Virus record (IMG/VR): IMGVR_UViG_3300047090_000036
Coordinates: 1 to 45,666 of that record
Strand: one strand, 5' to 3'
DNA from: a virus
Lineage: Duplodnaviria > Caudoviricetes
DNA: 45,666 bases
Below are positions 18,900-29,300 of this stretch, piece by piece (position 1 is the first letter of the stretch; each line of letters starts with the position of its first letter). The notes under the pieces are model-generated. The model searched no databases, was not told the DNA's origin, and saw only the letters and a program-made list of their open reading frames with translations. Both the position numbers and the translations under genes were made by a program.

Positions 18900-20618
18900 C
18901 TATCTCCGAATAGTGCCGCGTAGATATGCGAGTGATATACTAACGAACTTCAGCGGCTTCTTCACACTGCCGCTAAACCGTAGTTTCATGAGCTTGAATT
19001 TCAGCGGCCATGCATACACTCTCTCATCACTAGTCCGTCGGCCACCGCCATACGGGAAGTTACCATACGGCACGTTACCGTAACCTGCACCGTCGCCACC
19101 TACGAAATTGGCGTCTAGCATCGGCGTATCGGCGCCCGTCTGCTTATCCATATACAAATTATCGGCATATGCACGCGCTCGAAATTCAGCACTACCTTGT
19201 GTATCTATCGCCATATACCGCGTTGCCTTGGTATCCATACGCTTATTGAAGTCAGCCCACGGTAGTTCCCAATCGAAGTTGACTGCTACTCCGCTGCCAT
19301 CTGCGTTATGGTCTACATCGTTAACGTAGTCGGCGATACTTGTGTCATCATCGAATGCATATGAATAGAGCTTGTTCTTGTTAGCAAATATAATGTTCTG
19401 TAGCGCAGTCCTGCATCCCGCTTGCCATACCCATCCACGTAATCTAGCCCACGCATGAACCTTCAATTCACTGATCGCGGTATATGAGAAACCCACCGTT
19501 TCCGTAATGTTGCCGCCGCTATCAAATACCGGCACGAACAACATATAACGGAAATGCCGCATATCGTAGACGGCAAACACATATTGCTGTATCTGCGCTG
19601 CACTTAGGGGCTGTATGAGCGGCGTCAATATAGGGTCAATAAGCTGCGAGGCTCGCGTCGGTCGTAGCGTATTGAACAACGTAATCCGCTGTATGCTATT
19701 GACGCCTATATTATCTGTGAAGAATGTATCGTCACCTACGCTAATTAGCGAGCGGTGCGTGAGACAGCCAAATTCCTCAATGAAGCCGTCATCGGTGGGT
19801 GTATGGACCGACGGCGAGCCTGTGTAGACGCCGAGATTGACTGGTAATACTCCGCGTTCGAAGGTAACGACCAACTTATCTCGATATGCGACAAGTCCGG
19901 TGATCGTGGCACTACCAAGGCTAACTCGTGGTCCGAGGTCGAGCGCAATCGAGTCATTGGGGGCTGTGTCTCCCGGCCATGTGCCACTCGTGTCTTTGGC
20001 ACTTACATATATAGACGTAGGAGCCGCTGGAATACCGGCCATAATCATGTATTCGCCATGTGTGCAACATAGCGAACCAATTGGCGTATTGATGTTCGTC
20101 AACGTGCCCAAGTCTTGCAGATATTCCAACAACATATATTGTGGGTTTGTCGGCTTACCTGCAATGATTAGCGGCTTATGCACGCCATCGCACATAATGA
20201 GGTCGCTATTGAATATAGCGAATGTGCAGAAGGTGACATTAGACCACGGAACAACTGTCCCGATCTTCATAGCGGTCACGACACCAGCGCCATCTGACTT
20301 CGTAATCAGGCCACTCTTTTGCACTGCTATAATAAACTGATTGAAGTATACACAGTTCACTATATCGCTAACGTCGCCGCCTACCTGCAACCGTGCCCGT
20401 AAACGTGTTCCGTGTCGCACACTCAAGGCGCCATCTAGACCACGCTCGATATTATCTAATATCTTGGCATATGTAGGCTTCATATTGAGGTCGGTATCGG
20501 CGACGTTCAGACCACCCTCGAAGCTCCGCACCGTCGTCGTCACCAAATTAGACTGCGGCTGTTTACCGCGTGGATCAGCCGATGCGTGTTTGCGATACAC
20601 TAGGGCACCATCCACCAT
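18900..20618 (-). CDS. Tail nozzle/DNA stabilisation protein (P22 gp10/T7 gp12-like)
   Basis: RSFEGGLN...LDNI...GALSVRHG N-terminus, beta-propeller-like composition, 572 aa, follows the adaptor. Confidence 0.75.
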   Translation of the reverse strand: MVDGALVYRKHASADPRGKQPQSNLVTTTVRSFEGGLNVADTDLNMKPTYAKILDNIERGLDGALSVRHGTRLRARLQVGGDVSDIVNCVYFNQFIIAVQKSGLITKSDGAGVVTAMKIGTVVPWSNVTFCTFAIFNSDLIMCDGVHKPLIIAGKPTNPQYMLLEYLQDLGTLTNINTPIGSLCCTHGEYMIMAGIPAAPTSIYVSAKDTSGTWPGDTAPNDSIALDLGPRVSLGSATITGLVAYRDKLVVTFERGVLPVNLGVYTGSPSVHTPTDDGFIEEFGCLTHRSLISVGDDTFFTDNIGVNSIQRITLFNTLRPTRASQLIDPILTPLIQPLSAAQIQQYVFAVYDMRHFRYMLFVPVFDSGGNITETVGFSYTAISELKVHAWARLRGWVWQAGCRTALQNIIFANKNKLYSYAFDDDTSIADYVNDVDHNADGSGVAVNFDWELPWADFNKRMDTKATRYMAIDTQGSAEFRARAYADNLYMDKQTGADTPMLDANFVGGDGAGYGNVPYGNFPYGGGRRTSDERVYAWPLKFKLMKLRFSGSVKKPLKFVSISLAYLRGTIRR

Positions 20619-21268
20619 TCGCCCGGTATCTGCGACTGTCGAGCATCGAGCGGCAACGGTTGCTGAGCATAGCGAGACTTAACCTGCACCCTTCTCTTTA
20701 CGGCTAGCATCTCATACTTAGTCACCTGTGCGGGAACGGTGCCGTCATCGACGCAATACATCCACGCTGCGCCATACGTTAGCAGCAGCCTATCTAGATT
20801 AACGGTGTCAGCCTCAGCTAATGGCAACTTCGGTCGCTGCCGTGCCCATATGACTATGTTACCGGCTGACTCACTAGGCCACGCTCGCAACGGTCGATTA
20901 GCCGTCGTGTAATCTGGCGAAATGAACCTCAATCCACCGCCAGTTAACGTTGTCGGATTGATGCCCGGTGGCAATTCCTGTAACCGTCGATTATCTCCCT
21001 CGGGCCACACAAACGCTATGTCACCATACTCACTAATAGGTCCAAGTGGTCCTATCAAATCGCTCGATATGCGTCCCGTAGTGCCGTCTAACGCGACCGT
21101 GAAATAGGTCATGTAGTCGGGCCACCACATATCCTCAAATTCCATCAGGAAAGCGTCCTGCACGAATTGACGGATGATGCCCGCACTATATAGCTGTGTC
21201 GCTACGCCAGGAACCTGCGACAACTCGGTAATTACGTCAGATACAATATCTTGAACGGTCGTTTGCAT
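20600..21268 (-). CDS. Head-tail adaptor (T7 gp11/P22 gp4-like)
   Basis: TVQDIVSDVITEL N-terminal helix, LLLTYGAAW; size and position fit. Confidence 0.65.
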   Translation of the reverse strand: MQTTVQDIVSDVITELSQVPGVATQLYSAGIIRQFVQDAFLMEFEDMWWPDYMTYFTVALDGTTGRISSDLIGPLGPISEYGDIAFVWPEGDNRRLQELPPGINPTTLTGGGLRFISPDYTTANRPLRAWPSESAGNIVIWARQRPKLPLAEADTVNLDRLLLTYGAAWMYCVDDGTVPAQVTKYEMLAVKRRVQVKSRYAQQPLPLDARQSQIPGEWWMVP

Positions 21269-21281
21269 TGCTATACTCTGA

Positions 21282-21338
21282 GAAAGTAGGCACCGCTACC
21301 ATCGGGAGGGAGGAAACGACCTCAATAGCGGTGCCCAT
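21282..21338 (-). terminator. Hairpin/terminator after the head genes, with a C/U-rich loop
   Basis: GGCACCGCTA (21289-21298)/TAGCGGTGCC (21326-21335); followed by ACTTTCT on the - strand. Confidence 0.55.
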
Positions 21339-21342
21339 AGAG

Positions 21343-22023
21343 TTAGCTCGCGAAGTGTGGGAGTCCCATCAGCCCACCGCGACCTGCTGCATTAACATCG
21401 TTAATGAAATCGAATGTAGCATCAATGGCAGTCGTGCCGTTTGGCGTTGTCGTTGGCGTATACATACCACGAGGGTCGGTCGTTACAGCGGTTGCTGGAT
21501 CAACCAAACTAGCAGCTTGCAATGTTCCAGCCGCAGCAAGAACACCATTCGCTACCTCGAACTGACACCTGATAGCTCTATATGGTAGACCGAATTTCGC
21601 ACCGCTACCGACGTTAACAGTAGTTGCAGCTGTCGTTGTGGTAACGACCATATTTCTGATCGTCTTGAATGCCTTGTTACCAGCGACGGCAACTGCACCA
21701 GCTAGCGTAAACGACTCGCTGATAGGCTGACCGAGATAGTCCCATCCATTGATGACGACTGGCGACGTAGCGGCACCACTCGCAATGACCGAGATATTGC
21801 GACCATACGTCTCGGGAAACTGCGCTACATTAGTCAAGTCGAATGTCGCCGCTGCTGCTACACTGAGCGCCGTAGCAATCAACGTAGCATTAGCGACAAC
21901 CGGCGTGCCGAATGAAATGCGAGTTGCGCCATTGTAGTTTACGTCACTGCTATATTGCATAGCAGGCACATACTCGTTTACACGAATAGGAAAGAATGAT
22001 GGATTGGTCATTACGTTAGGCAT
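21343..22023 (-). CDS. Virion structural protein (capsid decoration-like)
   Basis: 226 aa Ala/Thr/Gly/Val-rich beta protein downstream of the capsid gene. Confidence 0.55.
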   Translation of the reverse strand: MPNVMTNPSFFPIRVNEYVPAMQYSSDVNYNGATRISFGTPVVANATLIATALSVAAAATFDLTNVAQFPETYGRNISVIASGAATSPVVINGWDYLGQPISESFTLAGAVAVAGNKAFKTIRNMVVTTTTAATTVNVGSGAKFGLPYRAIRCQFEVANGVLAAAGTLQAASLVDPATAVTTDPRGMYTPTTTPNGTTAIDATFDFINDVNAAGRGGLMGLPHFAS

Positions 22024-22029
22024 GACGTG

Positions 22030-22425
22030 TTATCCTTCTAGAGCTTCGGCAATTCCGCCTGTCATCGGACGGGGCCGGTTACGTGTTTTGCGCTCGACTA
22101 TCTCTTTCGGACTTAGTGAATAATGGTCTGGTATGACTTCGCCAGTCTCCATATCCACTAGACGCGGCTCTTGTAGAACGCCGATACGTTGTAGCTGTTC
22201 TGTGTCGTCAGCCGCAACGAATATCGAGTGTCCTTGTGGGAAGTAGACAAAGTATCCGTCGTCGAATTCCTCCCACCGCTGTGCCATCTTCCGAGTGATA
22301 ATCTTACGCTCGCCATTCGCACCGTTGACGATCTTCACGTCCTCGGTGATATCGGTGACTTGGCGACGGAATTTACCCGTTACTTTCTCTGCCTGAAATT
22401 CAGGCTTGGGATCGAGTGGCATCAC
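22030..22425 (-). CDS. Hypothetical protein (head module)
   Basis: Coupled ORF within the structural operon. Confidence 0.65.
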   Translation of the reverse strand: MMPLDPKPEFQAEKVTGKFRRQVTDITEDVKIVNGANGERKIITRKMAQRWEEFDDGYFVYFPQGHSIFVAADDTEQLQRIGVLQEPRLVDMETGEVIPDHYSLSPKEIVERKTRNRPRPMTGGIAEALEG

Positions 22426-22610
22426 AGTTTCTCTATAATTATAGTAGCGGAAGCACCCTCTACCGAGTTCAGCAAGCGAGTTACATGTGGCTTCTGACCC
22501 AATGCAACCAGTCGCCCGATTTCGGATTGCGTATCGGGATCATCGGTGATGGCGCTCTCTAGGAAATCAGCCGTTGCTGACAAGATTTCTTCTACGTCAT
22601 TCTTTGGCAT
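22422..22610 (-). CDS. Hypothetical small acidic protein
   Basis: GGAGG RBS right after the capsid stop; overlaps the next gene. Confidence 0.6.
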   Translation of the reverse strand: MPKNDVEEILSATADFLESAITDDPDTQSEIGRLVALGQKPHVTRLLNSVEGASATIIIEKL

Positions 22611-22620
22611 CGTTACCTCC

Positions 22621-23586
22621 CTAATTCGTAACTACGCCATGTGTACGGAACGCTCTCCACAAACACCACTGACCTTGCCATACCACTCGGCTACCTACCG
22701 CGTCGGTATTCCACGGCGCCACTAGCTCTTTCACTTTCATATTGACGCTACGGAGCATGTGCAGACGCAGATATGTATCGTTGATAAAATAGGCGTAGTT
22801 AACGGGACAATCTTCGTCATACATGATGGGGATGCCGTTGTGATAGCAACCTTCGAAGCCCAAGTCGAACATACGTTTGCCAGACTTACCCTCAGACAAC
22901 GGAATTGTCAGCTTGTCTCTCACAGCCTGACGATATGTGCGATAGATATTACGGCCAACGAGAATAATCGTCGGCCTGTCTCCCTTGAGCGTAAGGTCCA
23001 TGAGCACGTCATCGAATACTTCCTCGATATTCGTGCTATCTATCGCTCCGTTAAATACGTAGGCAGATGTGCGCCACTGTGTCTGTGTGGCTCGATTGAT
23101 GCCGCCGAGAGTTCCAGTTGTAGGATTAGTAGGTATAAGACTACCCAAACCAAGAGGGTCAGTCCCACCACCGACAGCATATAGATACTGACTAAACTTC
23201 TCCTTGATGCTTTCCTCCAAGACATTCATCTTCTCTTTCATGAGTTTGAATATCTGAGCGGCGCCCATATTCTCGTCTTGCTCCTGGTCACTGATAATCA
23301 CAGTGCCAGCAACACGTGAATAGCCGTATTCTACGGTGTCGAACTCGTCCGTTTGGTTAACGGGCAACGACTGGTAGTAACGATAGCTAGCCACGTTCGG
23401 ATTGCGGCCAACTGTCAATGGATTGGTGATGTTGTAACCACCATCCTCATACTCTACTCTGTCGTTGCTAAACACCCACGCCATGAGTGCATTAGACTTG
23501 ATGCTCGCCATAACGAGCTTCTTGCGTGATTTCGTCAACGTGCTATTCAGCACGGTGTTAATAGGAACTATTGTGCCGACTGGCAT
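22621..23586 (-). CDS. Major capsid protein
   Basis: 321 aa after portal and scaffold; GGTDPLGLGSLI, GTLGGINRAT..QWR, LGFEG..HNGIPIMYDEDCP motifs. Confidence 0.85.
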   Translation of the reverse strand: MPVGTIVPINTVLNSTLTKSRKKLVMASIKSNALMAWVFSNDRVEYEDGGYNITNPLTVGRNPNVASYRYYQSLPVNQTDEFDTVEYGYSRVAGTVIISDQEQDENMGAAQIFKLMKEKMNVLEESIKEKFSQYLYAVGGGTDPLGLGSLIPTNPTTGTLGGINRATQTQWRTSAYVFNGAIDSTNIEEVFDDVLMDLTLKGDRPTIILVGRNIYRTYRQAVRDKLTIPLSEGKSGKRMFDLGFEGCYHNGIPIMYDEDCPVNYAYFINDTYLRLHMLRSVNMKVKELVAPWNTDAVGSRVVWQGQWCLWRAFRTHGVVTN

Positions 23587-23610
23587 TTCCTTGTTCTCCG
23601 CAACATAATG

Positions 23611-24666
23611 TTATCTCAGGGTTAAACCACTTTCCTCCATAGAATGACGGATTATGTCACTCCATGAAGTATTTTCGTTGAACTGCCTAGTTGCATCGAC
23701 GCCTTGCGTGCCGTTACCTTGAGCACTTCTACCATTCGGTAGCGGACGGCGATTAACTGGCGGCATCACTTGGTTAGTCTGCTGAGACTGCTGCGGATTA
23801 TCTTGTAATGCTTGTATTTGAGCTTCGAGTGGCTGCGTATGATCGAGGCCGTTACTTACACTCCATGTAGCCATCTTCACATAAGCGTCGTGGATACTCA
23901 ATCCAGGCTGAGCTTGCATCATCTGTGCAAGTGTTCCTAGATTAATCTCTGCCTCGGGATGTGTCGAGAGGAAACCGTCGAGAATACGTTGGGCGTTGGC
24001 ACGTTCCTGTTGCTGTTGTTGCTCCAACTGCGCCCTCTGTGTAATTGGCGCCATCTTCGCGTCAATCATCCTTTGGATCGCGTTCAAATCCATTCCCGGA
24101 GTTACGCCTTGCTCAAGGAACGGTATCTGATAGCCCTTACTCTTTACCTCGGCTACCAACATCTCCAATGTCTTGACTGGATCACGCATGAAGTCAGCCA
24201 TGACACGCATAGCGACAACTTGCGACTCAGCCGGCAATGCCAACTCGGTAGCAACACGTGAAACTTCGCTATGTCCCTGTAGCTGCTGCGTCGCTGCCTG
24301 CAACTGTTGTCGCAGTGTTTGATTTTCTCTACTATGTCGTTGACCTTCCTCAAATACTCGACGCTCGATACCACCCTTTGCAACTATTCTACCAGTTACC
24401 GGGTCAACGAGGTCTCGGGTATTAGGATTTTCTGGATTTGGCCTTTCTTCGAGGCCGTCATGTCTACGTCTAATAACCGGCTGCGTTTGGTCGCCAGTAT
24501 TGCCGCCGCCACTTCTTCCATCCACTGATTGCGACGGTGCCGCACTACTATGTCCACCGCCATCCGACGTTTGCGACCCTTGCGAGCCAACATCGCTACC
24601 TCCGCCGCCACTATCGCTATCTAGATCAGGGATATTGCTGAGTATGCTGTCTTCTGTTCCGCTCAT
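23611..24666 (-). CDS. Capsid scaffolding protein
   Basis: Acidic disordered N-terminus, Q-rich coiled coils, C-terminal SWSDIIR helix; between portal and capsid. Confidence 0.7.
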   Translation of the reverse strand: MSGTEDSILSNIPDLDSDSGGGGSDVGSQGSQTSDGGGHSSAAPSQSVDGRSGGGNTGDQTQPVIRRRHDGLEERPNPENPNTRDLVDPVTGRIVAKGGIERRVFEEGQRHSRENQTLRQQLQAATQQLQGHSEVSRVATELALPAESQVVAMRVMADFMRDPVKTLEMLVAEVKSKGYQIPFLEQGVTPGMDLNAIQRMIDAKMAPITQRAQLEQQQQQERANAQRILDGFLSTHPEAEINLGTLAQMMQAQPGLSIHDAYVKMATWSVSNGLDHTQPLEAQIQALQDNPQQSQQTNQVMPPVNRRPLPNGRSAQGNGTQGVDATRQFNENTSWSDIIRHSMEESGLTLR

Positions 24667-27014
24667 TGTATCATTCCCGGTGGGCGCATCACTGGTGCTT
24701 GTGGTCCTTGCGGCGGTGGAGCACCCTGCCCTCCGCCACCTACTGCTTGCATCATTTGCTGTAATATAGCTTGCGGCGGAGCACCTTGCGCTAACGCCAC
24801 ACCAATTGCCCTAAGCACTTGTGGCGGTAGTTGCTCTAATACATTGGTAACTAGCGATGCCATTTGCATAGGATTTGGTCCGCCGCCAGGACCACCGGGG
24901 GGAATACCGGGTTGTCCTGGCGGCGGTGCAGGCGGTTGCCCTGGTTGTCCGCCACCCGGCTGCATACCCGGAGCACCACCTTGCCCGGCTAACAATGTTT
25001 TCTCTATCTCGGCGTCAATACCCGCCCAGTCCTCTTTCGTTATGTTCATATTATCGAATGCATTACTGAACATGCGTAACGTTACTTTGAGTGTCGTAGC
25101 GGGCGCTGCCTTAACATACTGACTCAATATCTGACCGACTTGCACTGCCTCTTGCTTCTTCGCCTGACTGCTAACCTTCTGCGTGCTACCACCAACTACC
25201 GTTACACTCAGCTTGGCGAAATCATGCAACGAGTTGAGCGGATGCCAGAACTGCGATACATCTATGCCAATCAATTGTTGCACCGTCTGCGCGTCCATGA
25301 ACCTCAAACAAAGCTGCGCCACTTTCCAACCAACGTCGGCAATTGCATCTTCGATAGCATCCAAGCGCATGTCCATACGCATGTTGCCCATAGTGCTATA
25401 GTAGTCGATAGCCTTATTAGTCGTATTGGTCTTGAACTCTCCGCCGCGCTCTACTTCATTAGTGCTAGCAACTCTATCTATGCTCGCATACAAGTCCTTC
25501 TTGTCAAACAAGCTAGCGAAATTCGCACTCGGCGGCACTATAGAGAAAATAAGCTCGTTTGGTTTCTTACCTTCTGGAACCTTAATCGGTGTTGCCGTAG
25601 CATCAGGCCCCTTGAGAATACGATCTGCGATCTCTTGCGTAACACCTGTCTCGGGATCGAAGAATATATTGCGCCTAGCCCATAGCAGTGAACGCCGCTT
25701 CTCGTCATTAATCTCGTTAATTTGGTCCTGCTGATCCAAATAGTAACTGACTTCGCCTTTCGCGTAAGAGGCCACGGGATTATCATGGAACCATAGGGGC
25801 GTGAGCGGAAAGAAGTTCTGTAATTGGTATGGATCGTCCCAAACCCATATAGGCCACTTCCAGTCGTTATCAGCATACATCTCCAGCCGGCGAGTGGTCT
25901 TATCCCAGACATACCAGACCTTTGTTCGCTTCGCCTTATCGTAGCTTTCCTTATTGTCGAAACCATACGCCGAATAACTATTGTTATCCTTCTGGAATAG
26001 TGAGAAGTTATCGTCGTTCGAGCTATCTCCTGCATCGAGTATATGCGTCGGCTCGAATATGGACCTGACTTCCTCGCTGCCCTCTTTGCCATCCTCATCT
26101 TCATCACCGACACCATACACTGCATTTATGTATTCTGTCGGTAGCATATCTTCGATCATGACCCAAGCGGCATCCGTCAAATAAGGATCGCTATAATCGG
26201 GGTCGATAATCACCTGATGCGGCAATCTTACTCGAACAAATGGACCACTAGGCTGTAGGAACTCTATCTTTTCCTCAAGCGCCCTAATTCTCTGTTCGGT
26301 TTCCTCTATATCCTCCTGATCTTCCGCTTCCTGCAACTGCATACTTAAAGTTTGGAGATCGCCTAACGCTTGCTCGCTACTCTGATCCTTATTTACGTAA
26401 CCGACCTCGAACCACGCCATATTCGTCAGTAGCGCAATCAGCACATTGCGTTTGGCTTTCGGCTTGAGGTTAATTCCCGGCGCACCCTTCATACCGAATA
26501 GCGTATTCACCAACTTCTCTACGCCACGTGCGAACTCGCTGCCCTGTTGCCTATATTCATCCTCGTTACCCGGACTACTGGTAACGGTAATGATGGGGTT
26601 CTTGGCATACAACTCGGGCACCTGAGCATTCGTGTTGGCAAACACGACATTCTCGGTGCTACTATGCATTTCGTTAAGTCTACGAGCTACAAACCTATTG
26701 CCACTGACATTAGGCGAGCTACTACCATCGCGATGGTCGCTCTGATCGTGGTTATAGTAGCGAATTGCCTCATCCCATGCATCTATTAGATCGCCCATCG
26801 CTTTCTGGCCGGTATCCTTCCTACTCTGCCATACTTTGCCACGCTTACTCGACACAGGAATACGGCTACCCGGCAATACTTTATACACGGGTAAGTTCTG
26901 CGGAACATCGTCCGCTGGCATTCCATCTTGCGCTAGTGAATTAGCGAGTGGGTCTACGTTAGAGTCCGGCTCGAAGTCCGGCGATGGTTCGTCAGGCGGG
27001 AATGTGCCGCTCAT
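24663..27014 (-). CDS. Portal protein
   Basis: 783 aa after the terminase; VPELYAKNP, VIIDPD, FPLTPL, YLDQQDQINEIN; P/G/Q-rich tail. Confidence 0.85.
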   Translation of the reverse strand: MSGTFPPDEPSPDFEPDSNVDPLANSLAQDGMPADDVPQNLPVYKVLPGSRIPVSSKRGKVWQSRKDTGQKAMGDLIDAWDEAIRYYNHDQSDHRDGSSSPNVSGNRFVARRLNEMHSSTENVVFANTNAQVPELYAKNPIITVTSSPGNEDEYRQQGSEFARGVEKLVNTLFGMKGAPGINLKPKAKRNVLIALLTNMAWFEVGYVNKDQSSEQALGDLQTLSMQLQEAEDQEDIEETEQRIRALEEKIEFLQPSGPFVRVRLPHQVIIDPDYSDPYLTDAAWVMIEDMLPTEYINAVYGVGDEDEDGKEGSEEVRSIFEPTHILDAGDSSNDDNFSLFQKDNNSYSAYGFDNKESYDKAKRTKVWYVWDKTTRRLEMYADNDWKWPIWVWDDPYQLQNFFPLTPLWFHDNPVASYAKGEVSYYLDQQDQINEINDEKRRSLLWARRNIFFDPETGVTQEIADRILKGPDATATPIKVPEGKKPNELIFSIVPPSANFASLFDKKDLYASIDRVASTNEVERGGEFKTNTTNKAIDYYSTMGNMRMDMRLDAIEDAIADVGWKVAQLCLRFMDAQTVQQLIGIDVSQFWHPLNSLHDFAKLSVTVVGGSTQKVSSQAKKQEAVQVGQILSQYVKAAPATTLKVTLRMFSNAFDNMNITKEDWAGIDAEIEKTLLAGQGGAPGMQPGGGQPGQPPAPPPGQPGIPPGGPGGGPNPMQMASLVTNVLEQLPPQVLRAIGVALAQGAPPQAILQQMMQAVGGGGQGAPPPQGPQAPVMRPPGMIQ

Positions 27015-27020
27015 AATATC

Positions 27021-27266
27021 TCAATCATTTGCTGGCATCTTGATAATTGAATTGAGTTTCTGCGTATTGCTTCTTGGTTCCCACTGCGACCCAGGCCATC
27101 CATCATTCGACCACAGAGGAAGATACAATTCGCTAGGTGACGGCAATGTATTGACGCTAGGACGACCACCAGCGAACGGTAATACGTCACCCGCCAATTG
27201 AATTTCAGGCGTGGGTTTTTGCATACCCAACACTTCGCGAATTATGTCGTCAAAGTTAGTTCTCAT
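27021..27266 (-). CDS. Hypothetical protein
   Basis: ATGA-coupled to the upstream membrane protein gene. Confidence 0.55.
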   Translation of the reverse strand: MRTNFDDIIREVLGMQKPTPEIQLAGDVLPFAGGRPSVNTLPSPSELYLPLWSNDGWPGSQWEPRSNTQKLNSIIKMPAND

Positions 27267-27457
27267 CGAAGCAACGGTCCATTATGCAACGGGAACACTC
27301 CCGTCAACATGCTGAGCAATACAAGTAGCAAGATTAGCGCAACGATCACTTGAGCTATTACAGCAAACGGTGGAGGTAGCGGAATTAGCGTTATGATATA
27401 CCAGATAACGCCGAAGATCAGTAGCAGTATGAGTATTTGGATAAGTAGTGTAATCAT
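27263..27457 (-). CDS. Small two-TM membrane protein (Thivi_2564-like; holin candidate)
   Basis: Two hydrophobic helices around IPLPPPF; coupled to the terminase stop. Confidence 0.7.
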   Translation of the reverse strand: MITLLIQILILLLIFGVIWYIITLIPLPPPFAVIAQVIVALILLLVLLSMLTGVFPLHNGPLLR

Positions 27458-29001
27458 TTGTGCCTCGGTAATGTGCCCTCACGCTGACTACGCTCTATCT
27501 CGTGCCACGCTAACCAAGCTGGCGGTTGATTAGGCTTACCCGTATATCTCGCTAATCGTGGCCGCTGCGACATTGCGTATTTCCACATATCCATCGCGTG
27601 ATCGTTCCTATCAGTAGGTCGATCGGTCACGTCGTCACTCGTGTCTCGCCTAAAGTAATATTCCGTAATTTCGTCAATGAACCACTGACATTTGTCAGTG
27701 ACGTGGAAATAACTCGACGGACTTTGTCCACTGATCGGATGCTCGTGATTAGGCAGCAGCGTAAGATATTGCCAGTTCTTCGCAATACCCGCATTAATAT
27801 CATTATTGCCACGCTGCATACTGATACCCTCATCAGCGAACAACGCTGCGACCGTTTGGCCTACTGTCCTAGCGTCACCAGTCTTGCGCTTAAAACAGTC
27901 AGGGTCAGCATACATAGAATGAAGCTCGTCAGAGTCCACCATATACAATTCGCGTATTGCCTTGATGTGAGCCGCTGATACCGCAATCGTCTGTTCAGCT
28001 TGCCTAAAACCATCAAGGAGAATGACATTACTATCATCGTCAACAAAAAATAGGCCGTAGCAAGAATGTTGCGCAAGGCCATGATCGTAGCCCTCGATAA
28101 ACGTAGGCTCGAAACCACTCATCCTCAGTTGGCGTAGATACTCCACTGCCGTATTATGTTCGATGACGTGACGCTGTTCTTCGAACTGTGGATAGATCAA
28201 CCCACTCAGCGCACCCCACATCCCGAACACATACCGATCACGCATAGTGCCAGTGTAAGTAGCAAGCATACCCTGAATATAATCGTCGCCAAGATTGCTT
28301 GCATTCTCATACGTCGATCCCTCGAACAGATCGACAATGGGGCGCGGTCTACCGTTGTCCAGTATGGGTTTCGCGTTCGCATCAACCTCGCATAGCAATT
28401 TGGGATTAATGATACCATTTCTGTAATCATGTATCGGCTTGATTATCTCACGATAGCACCAATTGCGCGTCGGATTGAGAGTTGCAATGAACCAACGAGG
28501 GCCGCTACGAGGCATATCAGGATCATCACCAGCGTAAGAGGCATTACCGCGTAACCGACCCATGAGGTCCATGAAGTCCTTATGGCTAAATTCGGGGTCT
28601 TCCAACTGGTCAACGACTATCCAATCATATGTAGCCGACAACAAATTCGATTTGCTATCCTCTTGCTCCTTGCCTCTCTGCGCTACGTAACGGAAGTTGA
28701 CCGTAGTTCCGTTATGCATAATTAGTGTATTGTCGTCCTTCGTAGGATTACGCTTGATCCAGTGCGTAGGGCACCACGACAAGAACTCTCTACGTATCGT
28801 GTCATTCAGCTTGGGATACGTGCTACGTGCTATCAATCCATTACAGCCTGGATACTTTATACACAACTGCAATGCTTTGATACAGCTAGCCGCAGTCTTA
28901 CCGTTACCGAACCCACCACCAATGAATTGTATCTTCGACTTAGACGCATGAAACCGATCATGCATCCCACCTTCTACAATCCTGTAGCGTTTATCGGCCA
29001 C
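27454..29001 (-). CDS. terL: Terminase large subunit
   Basis: GGFGNGKT (Walker A), IARSTYPKL, GRLRG, TLNPT, GSTYEN, nuclease GYDHG, YADP, NDHAMD. Confidence 0.93.
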   Translation of the reverse strand: MADKRYRIVEGGMHDRFHASKSKIQFIGGGFGNGKTAASCIKALQLCIKYPGCNGLIARSTYPKLNDTIRREFLSWCPTHWIKRNPTKDDNTLIMHNGTTVNFRYVAQRGKEQEDSKSNLLSATYDWIVVDQLEDPEFSHKDFMDLMGRLRGNASYAGDDPDMPRSGPRWFIATLNPTRNWCYREIIKPIHDYRNGIINPKLLCEVDANAKPILDNGRPRPIVDLFEGSTYENASNLGDDYIQGMLATYTGTMRDRYVFGMWGALSGLIYPQFEEQRHVIEHNTAVEYLRQLRMSGFEPTFIEGYDHGLAQHSCYGLFFVDDDSNVILLDGFRQAEQTIAVSAAHIKAIRELYMVDSDELHSMYADPDCFKRKTGDARTVGQTVAALFADEGISMQRGNNDINAGIAKNWQYLTLLPNHEHPISGQSPSSYFHVTDKCQWFIDEITEYYFRRDTSDDVTDRPTDRNDHAMDMWKYAMSQRPRLARYTGKPNQPPAWLAWHEIERSQREGTLPRHK

Positions 29002-29300
29002 TATGTAGCTCGACCATACTGAATAGCGAGCAATCCACCCGTGCCCATATTAATGGCAACCATCTGTGCTGCGGCTGGAATAGCGAGAATATCGCCTACC
29101 GTTGTGCTACTCAGTGTTCGTGAAGTTCCACCGTCGAATGCCACGGTGCATGGTAACGACGGCGCCAGAATACGTATATGCGAATACAGGTTGCCTGAGT
29201 ATGGCGCATTGCCGCTAGTGTCTACTACTCTAGGCAATGTAAATACATTATTGCCCGTCGATCCAGTTGGCGAGATACCAGTTGACGCAACAAAGCTCAT
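29001..29300 (-). CDS. Hypothetical beta-rich protein
   Basis: Coupled to both neighbours. Confidence 0.6.
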   Translation of the reverse strand: MSFVASTGISPTGSTGNNVFTLPRVVDTSGNAPYSGNLYSHIRILAPSLPCTVAFDGGTSRTLSSTTVGDILAIPAAAQMVAINMGTGGLLAIQYGRAT

